Of a stretch of DNA of 16,915 nucleotides, positions 8,225 to 16,174 are shown one piece after another (the stretch's first letter is position 1; every line of letters begins with the position of its first letter). Location: IMG/VR virus record IMGVR_UViG_2545824719_000009, one strand, 5' to 3'. Source of the stretch: a virus (lineage: Duplodnaviria > Heunggongvirae > Uroviricota > Caudoviricetes). The position numbers and the translations under genes are program-made. The notes beneath the pieces are model-generated. The model saw only the letters and a list, made by a program, of their open reading frames with translations. It had not been told where the DNA came from and did not search any database.

Positions 8225-8548
8225 ATGGCAAAGAATTTTGTAGAAGAAGGAAAAACGGTGGCGATTGTTGCCAGTGCAGCCATCAGCAGCGGAGATCTGG
8301 TGCAGGTGGGTGATGTTTTTGCGGTGGCGCTGACCGATATTCCACAGGGTGAAACAGGCGACGGCATGACCGAAGGTGTGTTTATGCTGCCTAAGCTGAA
8401 AACGGATGACATGAAAACGGGTAAGAAGGTTTATCTGAAGTCCGGAAAAGTTCAGCTGACTAACAGCGGCTCTGATCCGCTGGTCGGGGTTGTCTGGGCA
8501 GATGCCGGAACCAGTGCAGAAGAAGTGCCGGTAAAACTCAATGTCTGA
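8225..8548 (+). CDS. Small head protein, probable head decoration / cement protein (DUF2190-like)
   Basis: 107 aa beginning MAKNFVEEGKTVAIVA..., with GGAG 7 nt upstream. It sits immediately after the major capsid gene. The family assignment is from pattern memory and position only. Confidence 0.45.
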   Translation: MAKNFVEEGKTVAIVASAAISSGDLVQVGDVFAVALTDIPQGETGDGMTEGVFMLPKLKTDDMKTGKKVYLKSGKVQLTNSGSDPLVGVVWADAGTSAEEVPVKLNV

Positions 8549-8816
8549 TCCCTTTTCCCGGCTGGCAGCGCGTATGGATGCGATCACGGTCAGAAAGATG
8601 GGAAAGACAGCCTCGATTAATGATGCCGATATGACTGTGATCCCGGGAGAAACACTGGCAGAGCTGAATGCTCTGTCCGGACCTGCGGTATCTCTGGTGG
8701 TGTTTTCTTCGGGATACCGCCCACGGCGCGGGGATCGCGTTGTTTATGACGGACAACAATGGACGGTCACACGGCATGAACGCTTTAACGGTAAGCCAAT
8801 GATCTTTATTGAGTAA
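8541..8816 (+). CDS. Head-tail joining protein, gpFII-like
   Basis: 91 aa. MSDPFSRLAARMDAITVRKMG...RPRRGDRVVYDGQQWTV parallels lambda gpFII (FDNLFDAAIARADETIRGYMG...RRGDTLTIGEENFWV). The start overlaps the stop of the preceding gene. Confidence 0.5.
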   Translation: MSDPFSRLAARMDAITVRKMGKTASINDADMTVIPGETLAELNALSGPAVSLVVFSSGYRPRRGDRVVYDGQQWTVTRHERFNGKPMIFIE

Positions 8817-8827
8817 AGAGGTGTGGG

Positions 8828-9414
8828 ATGAAGGGGCTTGAGAATGCCATCCGTAATCTGAACAGCCTTGATACCCGTATGGTGCCACAGGCCAGCGCAT
8901 GGGCGATAAACCGTGTGGCACAGAAAGCGGTCTCGGTTGCCACCCGGCAGGTTGCCGGGAATACCGTTGCGGGAGATAACCAGGTGAAAGGGATCCCCCT
9001 GAAACTGGTACGTCAGCGTGTCCGGGTGTTTAAAGCCAGTCCGTCAGGAAAAATGACGGCCAGGATCCGCGTTAACCGGGGCAATCTGCCCACCATCAAG
9101 CTGAACACAACACGGCGGCGTGCTGGTGAAGGATTGAGAGTGGGAAAATACTTTTTCCGGGGGGCATTTATTCAGCAACTGGCGGGCAAATAGCATGTTC
9201 TGAGGCGTCTTCCAGAAACGCGTATGGTCGCTGGCATGTGATGCGGCGTATTGATGGCAAAAATCGTTACCCCATTGATGTAGTGAAAATCCCGCTGTCC
9301 GGACCGCTGACACAAGCATTTGAAGATGCCCGCGACCGCATTATTGCTGCGGAAATGCCGAAACAGCTGGGGTATGCACTGAAACAACAACTGAGGTTAT
9401 GGCTGACCCGATGA
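8828..9414 (+). pseudogene. Z: Minor tail protein gpZ homolog, interrupted by a frame break
   Basis: Frame A (8828-9193) reads MKGLENAIRNLNSL...RVNRGNLPTIKL...GAFIQQLAGK then stop, matching the lambda gpZ N-terminal two-thirds. The gpZ C-terminus GRWHVMRRIDGKNRYPIDVVKIP...LGYALKQQLR continues in a different frame from about 9226 to the stop at 9412-9414. Lambda has only KN between FIQQL and GRWHV, whereas here 44 nt intervene. Confidence 0.6.
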
Positions 9415-9812
9415 ACCGACATACACAAATCCGCCAGGCCGTACTAGCACGCCTTCGGAAACAGTGTGGAGACAGCGCCACGTTTTTTGACGGGCTTCCG
9501 GCATTTGTTGATGCGCAGGAACTGCCTGCCGTGGCAGTGTGGCTGAGTGATGCTCAGTACACCGGAAAAATGACGGATGAAGATGACTGGCAGGCTGTTC
9601 TGCATATTGCTGTCTTCATCCGGGCACAGGCACCGGATTCAGAGCTGGATATGTGGATGGAGAGCACCATTTTCCCGGCTCTGAATGATATACCGGCACT
9701 TTCCGGACTCATCGACACCCTGATCCCTCTCGGTTTTAACTATCAACGTGATAATGAGATGGCCACCTGGGCGATGGCGGAAATCACGTACCAGATCACG
9801 TACACGAATTAA
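9399..9812 (+). CDS. U: Tail terminator protein gpU
   Basis: ATFFDGLPAFVDAQELPAVAVWLSDAQYTG...PDSELDMWMESTIFPALNDIPALSGLIDTL aligns closely with recalled lambda gpU (ATFFDGRPAVFDEADFPAVAVYLTGAEYTG...PDSELDAWMESRIYPVMSDIPALSDLI). Start is either ATG 9399 (GAGG 4 nt upstream) or ATG 9411, which fits the lambda N-terminus better. Confidence 0.85.
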   Translation: MADPMNRHTQIRQAVLARLRKQCGDSATFFDGLPAFVDAQELPAVAVWLSDAQYTGKMTDEDDWQAVLHIAVFIRAQAPDSELDMWMESTIFPALNDIPALSGLIDTLIPLGFNYQRDNEMATWAMAEITYQITYTN

Positions 9813-9823
9813 AGGAGGTGGCA

Positions 9824-10567
9824 ATGACCACACCAAATCCACTGGCAAAAACGAAAGGTGCGGGAACGACGTTCTGGATGTACACCGGCAAGGGCGATGC
9901 GTTTGCGAACCCTTTATCGGACACTGACTGGCTGCGTCTTGCGATGGTGAAGGATCTGCAACCTGGCGAAATGACCGCTGATGCAGAAGATGACACTTAT
10001 CTCGATGATGAAGATGCAGACTGGAAAACGACAACCCAGGGGCAGAAATCCGTCGGTGATACTTCGGCGACGCTGGCCTGGCGTCCGGGTGACAGCGGGC
10101 AGAAAAAACTGGTTCAGTTGTTCGACTCCGGTGAAGTCTGCGCGTTTCGTATCAAATATCCCAACGGTACTGTTGATGTTTTCCGTGGCTGGCTGAGTTC
10201 ACTGGGTAAAACCATTGCCTCAAAAGACGTGATGACCCGCACAGTGAAAATCAGCGGTGTGGGGCGTCCGCATCTGGCAGAGGAAGGCACTGAAACAGTG
10301 AGCGTTACCGGGCTGACGGTGGCACCGGCATCTGCCAGTGTAAAAGTGGGAGCAACCACCACGCTGACCTTTACAGTAAAACCTGACGGAGCCAGTGACA
10401 AAGCGATCAGTGTGCATTCGACAGATCCACAGACTGCCACGGTGACCCTGAACGGGCTTGTGGCCACGGTGAAAGGCGTGAAGCAGGGCAGTGTCAGCAT
10501 TGTGGGCATGACTTCTGACGGCGATTTTGTGGCCGTGGCTGCGGTGGCTGTCAGCGCCGCAGGTTAA
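9824..10567 (+). CDS. V: Major tail protein gpV, with C-terminal Ig-like domain
   Basis: AGGAGG lies 5 nt upstream of ATG 9824. KGAGTTFWMYTGKGDAFANPLSDTDW...YLDDEDADW...NGTVDVFRGWLSS is highly similar to recalled lambda gpV. The C-terminal ~90 aa (VSVTGLTVAPASASVKVGATTTLTFTV...) is Ig-like, as in lambda. Confidence 0.9.
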   Translation: MTTPNPLAKTKGAGTTFWMYTGKGDAFANPLSDTDWLRLAMVKDLQPGEMTADAEDDTYLDDEDADWKTTTQGQKSVGDTSATLAWRPGDSGQKKLVQLFDSGEVCAFRIKYPNGTVDVFRGWLSSLGKTIASKDVMTRTVKISGVGRPHLAEEGTETVSVTGLTVAPASASVKVGATTTLTFTVKPDGASDKAISVHSTDPQTATVTLNGLVATVKGVKQGSVSIVGMTSDGDFVAVAAVAVSAAG

Positions 10568-10587
10568 CAGGACGATACTCATCATTT

Positions 10588-10611
10588 GCCCCGGTTATCC
10601 GGGGCTTTTTT
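10588..10611 (+). terminator. Rho-independent terminator between V and G
   Basis: GCCCCGG-TTAT-CCGGGGC is a 7-bp GC-rich stem followed by TTTTTT, 20 nt after the V stop. Confidence 0.55.
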
Positions 10612-10624
10612 GCAGGTGGAGAAC

Positions 10625-11014
10625 ATGATGTTTCTGAAACAGGGCTCGTTTAATTATGAAAAGCAGTCCGTGGTGCTCAGTGAGCTGTCCGGGCTGCAGA
10701 GAATTGAATATCTGGCGTTTGTTCAGCAGCGAACGGCAAAGTTTGATGCCGGGGAGGGAGAACTGCCGGAGGCTGAACGACAGATTGCTTTTCTGCGGAT
10801 GGGGATGGATATCAATGCCTGGCTGGTTTCCCGCTCACTGTGGAATGCGGAACAGTCTCAGGATGTTGAGACGCTTTGCGCATCCGTTATTACAACATGG
10901 TCGTATGATGCCCTGGGTGCGGGGGCGGAGATGGTTCTGTCGCTGAGCGGTATGGGGGCCATTGATAATGCCGGGGATGATGAGCATGAGGCGCTGACGC
11001 CGGAAAAGTCCTGA
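10625..11014 (+). CDS. G: Tail assembly chaperone gpG
   Basis: MMFLKQGSFNYEKQSVVLSELSGLQRIEYLAF parallels lambda gpG MFLKTESFEHNGVTVTLSELSALQRIEHLAL. GGTGGAG lies 4 nt upstream. Confidence 0.85.
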   Translation: MMFLKQGSFNYEKQSVVLSELSGLQRIEYLAFVQQRTAKFDAGEGELPEAERQIAFLRMGMDINAWLVSRSLWNAEQSQDVETLCASVITTWSYDALGAGAEMVLSLSGMGAIDNAGDDEHEALTPEKS

Positions 11015-11352
11015 CGCGGGAAATGCAGTTTGTCATGCGGCTTGCCCGGGAGTTCCGGCGGGCAGACTGGCGGCGGATGCTGTCGGAAATGTCGGCCACT
11101 GAGCTTGGTGAGTGGGGCGATTATTTCCGGATGCAGAGCTTCAGTGATGTGTGGATGGATGCGCAGTTTGCCTCGCTGAAGGCATTGATCGTGAGAATGG
11201 TGTCCGGCAGCAGTGATGCTGCGGTGGCTGATTTCAGCCTTTTACCGGAAGAGAACGGGATACCGGAGCGAACGGACGAAGAACTGATGCATCTTGGAGA
11301 AGGTATTTCCGGAGGTGTGCGTTATGGACCAGATAGCCAACCTGGTCATTGA
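10625..11352 (+). CDS. Tail assembly chaperone gpGT, made by a -1 translational frameshift near the 3-prime end of G
   Basis: The -1 frame is open from 10990 through 11352 and overlaps the last codons of G. The only slippery-like heptamer in the overlap is GGAAAAG at 11002-11008. The T-frame ORF has no ribosome-binding site of its own, and the G/T geometry is as in lambda. Confidence 0.65.
11002..11008 (+). promoter_or_regulatory. Candidate -1 frameshift slippery heptamer (G GAA AAG)
   Basis: Located 4 nt before the G stop codon and inside the window where the -1 frame is open. Compare lambda G GGA AAG. Confidence 0.45.
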
Positions 11353-14300
11353 TTTGGGGATTGATGCGGCAGAGTTTAAAAATGAAATTCCCCGTATCAA
11401 AAACCTTCTGAATGGTGCAGCCAGCGATGCAGAACGGTCTTCTGCCCGTATGCAGCGTTTTATGGAGCGTCAGACTCAGGCCGCCCGGCAGACAACGCAG
11501 GCAGCTTCTTCGGCTGCAACAGCCGCCTCCGTCCATGCGCAGACGGTGGAGAAGAACGCACAGGCTCATGAACGCATGGCCCGCGAGGTGGAGAAAACCC
11601 GCCAGCGCATGGAGGCGCTGAGCCAGAAAATGCGCGATGAACAGGCGCAGGCCATGGCTCTGGCAGAGGCTCAGGATAAAGCGGCTGCTGCGTTTTATCG
11701 TCAGATTGACAGTGTGAAACAGGCCAGTGCGGGGCTGCAGGAATTACAGCGTATTCAGCAGCAGATCCGACAGGCCAGAAACAGTGGCGGGATTGGTCAG
11801 CAGGATTATCTGGCGCTGATTTCTGAGGTTACGGCGAAAACCCGTGTTCTTACACAGGCTGAGGAAGAGGCTACCCGACAGAAAGTGGCGTTTATCCGTC
11901 AGCTTAAAGAGCAGGCAACCCGCCAGAATCTTTCTTCTTCTGAGTTGCTTCGTGCTAAGGCTGCCCAGCTGGGGGTAAGCAGTGCTGCAGAAGTGTATAT
12001 CCGCAAAATGGAGCAGGCAGGAAAAGCAACGCATTCGCTGGGTCTGAAAAGTGCAGCGGCCCGTCAGGAGATAGGCGTTCTGATAGGTGAACTGGCCCGC
12101 GGCAATTTAGGTGCGCTGAGGGGATCCGGAATAACGCTGGCTAACCGTGCCGGGTGGATAGACACATTGATGTCACCGAAAGGCATGATGCTTGGCGGGG
12201 TTATTGGCGGTATTGCCGCGGCTGTCTATGGTCTGGGTAAAGCCTGGTATGACGGTCAGAAGGAGGGGGAAGAATTTAACCGCCAGTTGTCGCTGACGGG
12301 GCATTATGCCGGAGTCACTGCCGGGCAGCTGTGGACGCTCAGTCGTGCTATTTCCGGGAATGGTATCACGCAACATGCTGCAGCCGGTGCGCTGGCTCAG
12401 GTGGTGGGGAGTGGTGCATTTCGTGGAAACGATATCGGTATGGTGGCGAGAGCTGCCGCACAGATGGAGCGATCGGTTGGCCAGTCGGTCAGCGATACCA
12501 TAAGTCAGTTTAAGCGGCTGAAGGATGATCCTGTAAATGCCGCGAAGGCTCTGGACAATGAGCTGCATTTTCTTACTGCCACTCAGCTTGAGCAGATACG
12601 CGTCCTTGGGGAACAGGGGCGGTCCAGTGATGCGGCACGGATAGCCATGTCTGCACTGGCAGAGGAAACCGGTCGGCGTACTGCGGATATTGATAATAAC
12701 CTCAATGCGCTTGGCAGTACGCTGAAGTATCTGTCTGATTTGTGGAGTCGTTTCTGGGATGCGGCCATGAATATTGGTCGTGAAGACTCGCTGGATGAAC
12801 AGATTTCCGCTTTACAGGAGAAAGTGTCGCGGGCGAAAAGACTCCCCTGGACGGCATCATCTTCTCAGGTTGAATACGATCAGCAGCGTCTTAACGATCT
12901 TCAGGAGAAAAAACGCCAGAAGGATTTGCAGGATGCAAAAGAGCAGGCAGAGCGGAATTATCAGGAGCAACAGAAACGCCGTAATGCTGAAAATGCTGCA
13001 CTGAACCGGATGAATGAAACGGAAGCAGCACGACATCAGCGTGAAATTGCGCGTATTAATGCCATGCAGTACGCCGATCAGGCTGTCAGGGATGCGGCGA
13101 TACAACGTGAAAATGAACGTTACGAGAAAGCCCTGGCATCCGGTAAGAAAAAAACACGCGAAACCCGTAATGATGAGGCCACCCGGTTATTGCTGCAGTA
13201 CAGTCAGCAACAGGCACAGGTGGAAGGACAGATTGCTGCTGCCAGACAGTCAGCAGGCATTGCCACGGAAAGGATGACAGAAGCGCATAAACAGCTTCTG
13301 GCTCTGCAGCAGCGCATCAGCGACCTGGACGGGAAAAAACTGACGGCAGATGAAAAGAGTGTGCTGGCCCGTAAAGATGAACTGATTCAGGCACTGACGC
13401 TGCTGGATGTAAAACAGCAGGAGCTTCAGAAACAGACGGCACTCAACGAGCTGAAGAAAAAAACAATTCAGCTGACCAGTCAACTGGCTGAAGAAGAGCG
13501 CGCTCAGCGCCAGCAACATGACCTGGATATCGCCACGGTGGGTATGGGTGATCAGCAGCGACAGCGATATCAGGTACAACTGAGTCTTCGCCAGAAATAC
13601 CAGCAACAGCTGGAGCAGTTGAGGCGGGATAGTGAGCAGAAAGGGACATATAACACGGATGACTACAGAAAGGCCGAGCAGGCGCTGACGGAGAGCCTGA
13701 ACCGACAACTGAATGAGAATCGCCGTTATTGGCAACAGCTTGAAATTGCTCAGGGTGACTGGAAAAACGGAGTCCTGCGTGCACTCCAGAATGTCACTGA
13801 GAAAGCGGATAACACGGCAGAAACAGCAGAACAGGTGTTCTCGTCAGCCTTCAGTAGCATGAGTGACTGGCTGGCGACATTCTGTACTACAGGCAAACTC
13901 AATTTCAAATCCTTCACCTCTTCTGTGCTGTCAGATATGGCGAAAATCCTGGCGCAGGCAACCATGATGAAATCGATAAAAGGGATTGGCAGTGTACTGG
14001 GATTTGATCTCAGCAGCCTTTCCCTGAATGCCAATGGGGGGATTTATCAGTCTGCTGATTTGAGTCGTTACAGTGGCACGGTGGTTAACCGTCCGACGTT
14101 TTTTGCTTTTGCAAAAGGCGCGGGTGTGATGGGGGAAGCTGGACCTGAAGCCATTCTGCCATTGCGTCGTGGTGCTGACGGTAAGCTGGGGGTTGTGGCG
14201 GATATTGGGGGGTCAGGTATGGCGATGTTTTCCCCGCAGTACAACATCGAGATCAATAACGATGGCACGAACGGGCAGATAGGTCCGGCTGCCCTGAAGG

Positions 14301-14389
14301 TGGTTTATGACCTTGGGAAAAAAGCGGCAGCGGACTTTATGCAACAGCAGGCCCGTGATGGTGGTCGGTTAAGTGGAGCATATCGGTAA
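11324..14389 (+). CDS. H: Tail tape measure protein gpH
   Basis: 1021 aa, with GGAGG 8 nt upstream of the ATG. The N-terminus MDQIANLVIDLGIDAAEF matches lambda H MAEPVGDLVVDLSLDAARF, and the C-terminus INNDGTNGQIGPAALKVVYD...RDGG matches lambda H NNDGTNGQIGPAALKAVYD...RDGG. The central part is long and Gln/Ala/Arg-rich, consistent with coiled coil. Confidence 0.9.
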   Translation: MDQIANLVIDLGIDAAEFKNEIPRIKNLLNGAASDAERSSARMQRFMERQTQAARQTTQAASSAATAASVHAQTVEKNAQAHERMAREVEKTRQRMEALSQKMRDEQAQAMALAEAQDKAAAAFYRQIDSVKQASAGLQELQRIQQQIRQARNSGGIGQQDYLALISEVTAKTRVLTQAEEEATRQKVAFIRQLKEQATRQNLSSSELLRAKAAQLGVSSAAEVYIRKMEQAGKATHSLGLKSAAARQEIGVLIGELARGNLGALRGSGITLANRAGWIDTLMSPKGMMLGGVIGGIAAAVYGLGKAWYDGQKEGEEFNRQLSLTGHYAGVTAGQLWTLSRAISGNGITQHAAAGALAQVVGSGAFRGNDIGMVARAAAQMERSVGQSVSDTISQFKRLKDDPVNAAKALDNELHFLTATQLEQIRVLGEQGRSSDAARIAMSALAEETGRRTADIDNNLNALGSTLKYLSDLWSRFWDAAMNIGREDSLDEQISALQEKVSRAKRLPWTASSSQVEYDQQRLNDLQEKKRQKDLQDAKEQAERNYQEQQKRRNAENAALNRMNETEAARHQREIARINAMQYADQAVRDAAIQRENERYEKALASGKKKTRETRNDEATRLLLQYSQQQAQVEGQIAAARQSAGIATERMTEAHKQLLALQQRISDLDGKKLTADEKSVLARKDELIQALTLLDVKQQELQKQTALNELKKKTIQLTSQLAEEERAQRQQHDLDIATVGMGDQQRQRYQVQLSLRQKYQQQLEQLRRDSEQKGTYNTDDYRKAEQALTESLNRQLNENRRYWQQLEIAQGDWKNGVLRALQNVTEKADNTAETAEQVFSSAFSSMSDWLATFCTTGKLNFKSFTSSVLSDMAKILAQATMMKSIKGIGSVLGFDLSSLSLNANGGIYQSADLSRYSGTVVNRPTFFAFAKGAGVMGEAGPEAILPLRRGADGKLGVVADIGGSGMAMFSPQYNIEINNDGTNGQIGPAALKVVYDLGKKAAADFMQQQARDGGRLSGAYR

Positions 14390-14718
14390 TGGAGACGTTT
14401 CACTGGAAAGTGCGCCCGGATATGAATGTGGTATCAGAGCCGAAAGTGGTGACAGTGAAGCTGGGCGATGGTTATGAACAGCGTCGTGCGGCGGGACTGA
14501 ATAACCAGTTGTCGACTTACAGCGTGACGATACGTGTTCGTAAATGTGACCACCCATCTTTAAAAGCCTTTCTGGAACGGCACGGTGGCGTCCGTGCATT
14601 TCAGTGGACGCCACCTTATGACTGGAAACCGATCAGGGTGGTTTGTCGTAAATGGTCGGCAAGCGTGGGGGCGCTGTGGGTAACCATAACGGCAGATTTT
14701 GAACAGGTCGTGGCATAG
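14389..14718 (+). CDS. M: Minor tail protein gpM
   Basis: 109 aa. METFHWKVRPDMNVVSEPKVV...GDGYEQRRAAGLN...WTPPYDWKPIRV...ADFEQVVA parallels lambda gpM, which is the same length. The start overlaps the H stop (TAATG). Confidence 0.9.
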   Translation: METFHWKVRPDMNVVSEPKVVTVKLGDGYEQRRAAGLNNQLSTYSVTIRVRKCDHPSLKAFLERHGGVRAFQWTPPYDWKPIRVVCRKWSASVGALWVTITADFEQVVA

Positions 14719-14727
14719 GAGGCTCTG

Positions 14728-15426
14728 ATGCAGGATATTCCACAGGAAACACATCATGAGACGACACGCCTTACTCAGTCAGCCCAGGTGGTGCTCTGGG
14801 AAATCGATCTGACAGAGGTCGGTGGTGAACGTTATTTTTTCTGTAATGAGCAGAACGAAAAAGGTGAGCCGGTCACCTGGCAGGGGCGGCAGTATCAGGC
14901 ATACCCCATTCAGGGGACGGGATTTGAACTGAACGGTAAGGGCAGTGCTGCCCGTCCGACACTGACGGTCTCTAACCTGCACGGCATGGTCACCGGGATG
15001 GCGGAAGACCTGCAGAGTCTGGTCGGCGGAACGGTGGTCAGGCGTAAGGTTTACGCCCGTTTTCTGGATGCGGTGAACTTCGTCAACGGAAACAGCGACG
15101 CCGATCCGGAGCAGGAGGTGATCAGCCGCTGGCGCATCGAGCAGTGTAGCGAACTGAGTGCGGTCAGTGCCTCCTTTGTGCTCTCCACACCGACGGAAAC
15201 GGATGGTGCTGTTTTTCCGGGGCGCATCATGCTGGCCAACACCTGCACCTGGACCTATCGCGGTGATGAGTGCGGTTATCACGGTCCGGCTGTCGCTGAT
15301 GAATATGACCAGCCGACGTCCGATATCACGAAGGATAAATGCAGCAAATGCCTGAGTGGCTGTAAGTTTCGCAATAACGTCGGCAACTTTGGCGGCTTCC
15401 TTTCCATTAACAAACTTTCGCAGTAA
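14728..15426 (+). CDS. L: Minor tail protein gpL
   Basis: 232 aa, essentially co-linear and near-identical to recalled lambda gpL (VVLWEIDLTEVGGERYFFCNEQNEKGEPVTWQGRQYQ...KCSKCLSGCKFRNNVGNFGGFLSINKLSQ). GGAGG lies upstream. Confidence 0.95.
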   Translation: MQDIPQETHHETTRLTQSAQVVLWEIDLTEVGGERYFFCNEQNEKGEPVTWQGRQYQAYPIQGTGFELNGKGSAARPTLTVSNLHGMVTGMAEDLQSLVGGTVVRRKVYARFLDAVNFVNGNSDADPEQEVISRWRIEQCSELSAVSASFVLSTPTETDGAVFPGRIMLANTCTWTYRGDECGYHGPAVADEYDQPTSDITKDKCSKCLSGCKFRNNVGNFGGFLSINKLSQ

Positions 15427-15430
15427 TCCC

Positions 15431-16174
15431 ATGACACAGACAGAATCAGCGATTCTGGCGCACGCCCGGCGATGTGCGCCAGCGGAATCGTGCGGCTTCG
15501 TGGTGAGAACGCCGGAGGGGGAAAGATATTTTCCCTGCGTGAATATCTCCGGTGAGCCGGAGGCGTATTTCCGGATGTCGCCGGAGGACTGGCTGCAGGC
15601 AGAGATGCAGGGTGAGATTGTGGCACTGGTCCACAGTCATCCCGGTGGTCTGCCCTGGCTGAGTGAGGCTGACCGGCGGCTGCAGGTGCAGAGTGATTTG
15701 CCGTGGTGGCTGGTCTGCCGGGGGGCGATTCACAAGTTCCGCTGTGTGCCGCATCTCACCGGGCGGCGCTTTGAGCACGGGGTGACGGACTGTTACACGC
15801 TGTTCCGGGATGCTTATCATCTGGCGGGGATTGAGATGCCGGATTTTCATCGCGGGGATGACTGGTGGCGTAACGGTCAGAATCTCTATCTGGATAATCT
15901 GGAGGCCACAGGGCTGTATCAGGTGGCGTTGTCATCAGCACAACCGGGCGATGTGCTGCTGTGCTGTTTTGGTTCATCGGTGCCGAATCATGCCGCCATT
16001 TACTGCGGCGACGGTGAGCTGCTGCACCATATTCCTGAACAACTGAGTAAACGAGAGAGGTATACCGACAAATGGCAGCGACGCACACACTCCCTCTGGC
16101 GTCACCGGGCATGGCACGCATCTGCCTTTACGGGGATTTACAACGATTTGGCCGCCGCATCGACCTTCGAGTGA
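15431..16174 (+). CDS. K: Tail tip assembly protein gpK (JAB/MPN metallopeptidase-like plus NlpC/P60-like domains)
   Basis: MTQTESAILAHARRCAPAESCGFVV...ALVHSHPGGLPWLSEAD carries the JAMM-type motif H-x-H-x7-S-x2-D with an upstream Glu, and GVTDCYTLF...NHAAIY is NlpC/P60-like. The 3-prime 103 nt overlap gene I in another frame. An in-frame ATG at 15575 corresponds to the shorter lambda K annotation as I recall it. Confidence 0.85.
   Translation: MTQTESAILAHARRCAPAESCGFVVRTPEGERYFPCVNISGEPEAYFRMSPEDWLQAEMQGEIVALVHSHPGGLPWLSEADRRLQVQSDLPWWLVCRGAIHKFRCVPHLTGRRFEHGVTDCYTLFRDAYHLAGIEMPDFHRGDDWWRNGQNLYLDNLEATGLYQVALSSAQPGDVLLCCFGSSVPNHAAIYCGDGELLHHIPEQLSKRERYTDKWQRRTHSLWRHRAWHASAFTGIYNDLAAASTFE

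Noticed and set aside
11023-11352. gpT as an independently translated 109-aa protein starting at ATG 11023
   Set aside because: There is no ribosome-binding site and the frame is open upstream into G. By analogy with lambda this segment is expressed only as the G-T frameshift fusion.
13250-13735. 161-aa ORF on the - strand
   Set aside because: Antisense to the tape-measure gene. It is Leu/Gln-rich because it mirrors the sense-strand coiled-coil codons (CAG/CTG), a typical artefact.
15356-15430. Longer gpK start at ATG 15356 (track ORF of 272 aa)
   Set aside because: That start lies inside gpL and adds a hydrophobic, non-conserved 25-aa leader. The conserved gpK sequence begins at MTQTESAIL (15431), immediately after the L stop.
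14779-15432. 217-aa ORF on the - strand
   Set aside because: Antisense to gpL, whose + strand translation is near-identical to lambda gpL. No independent support.
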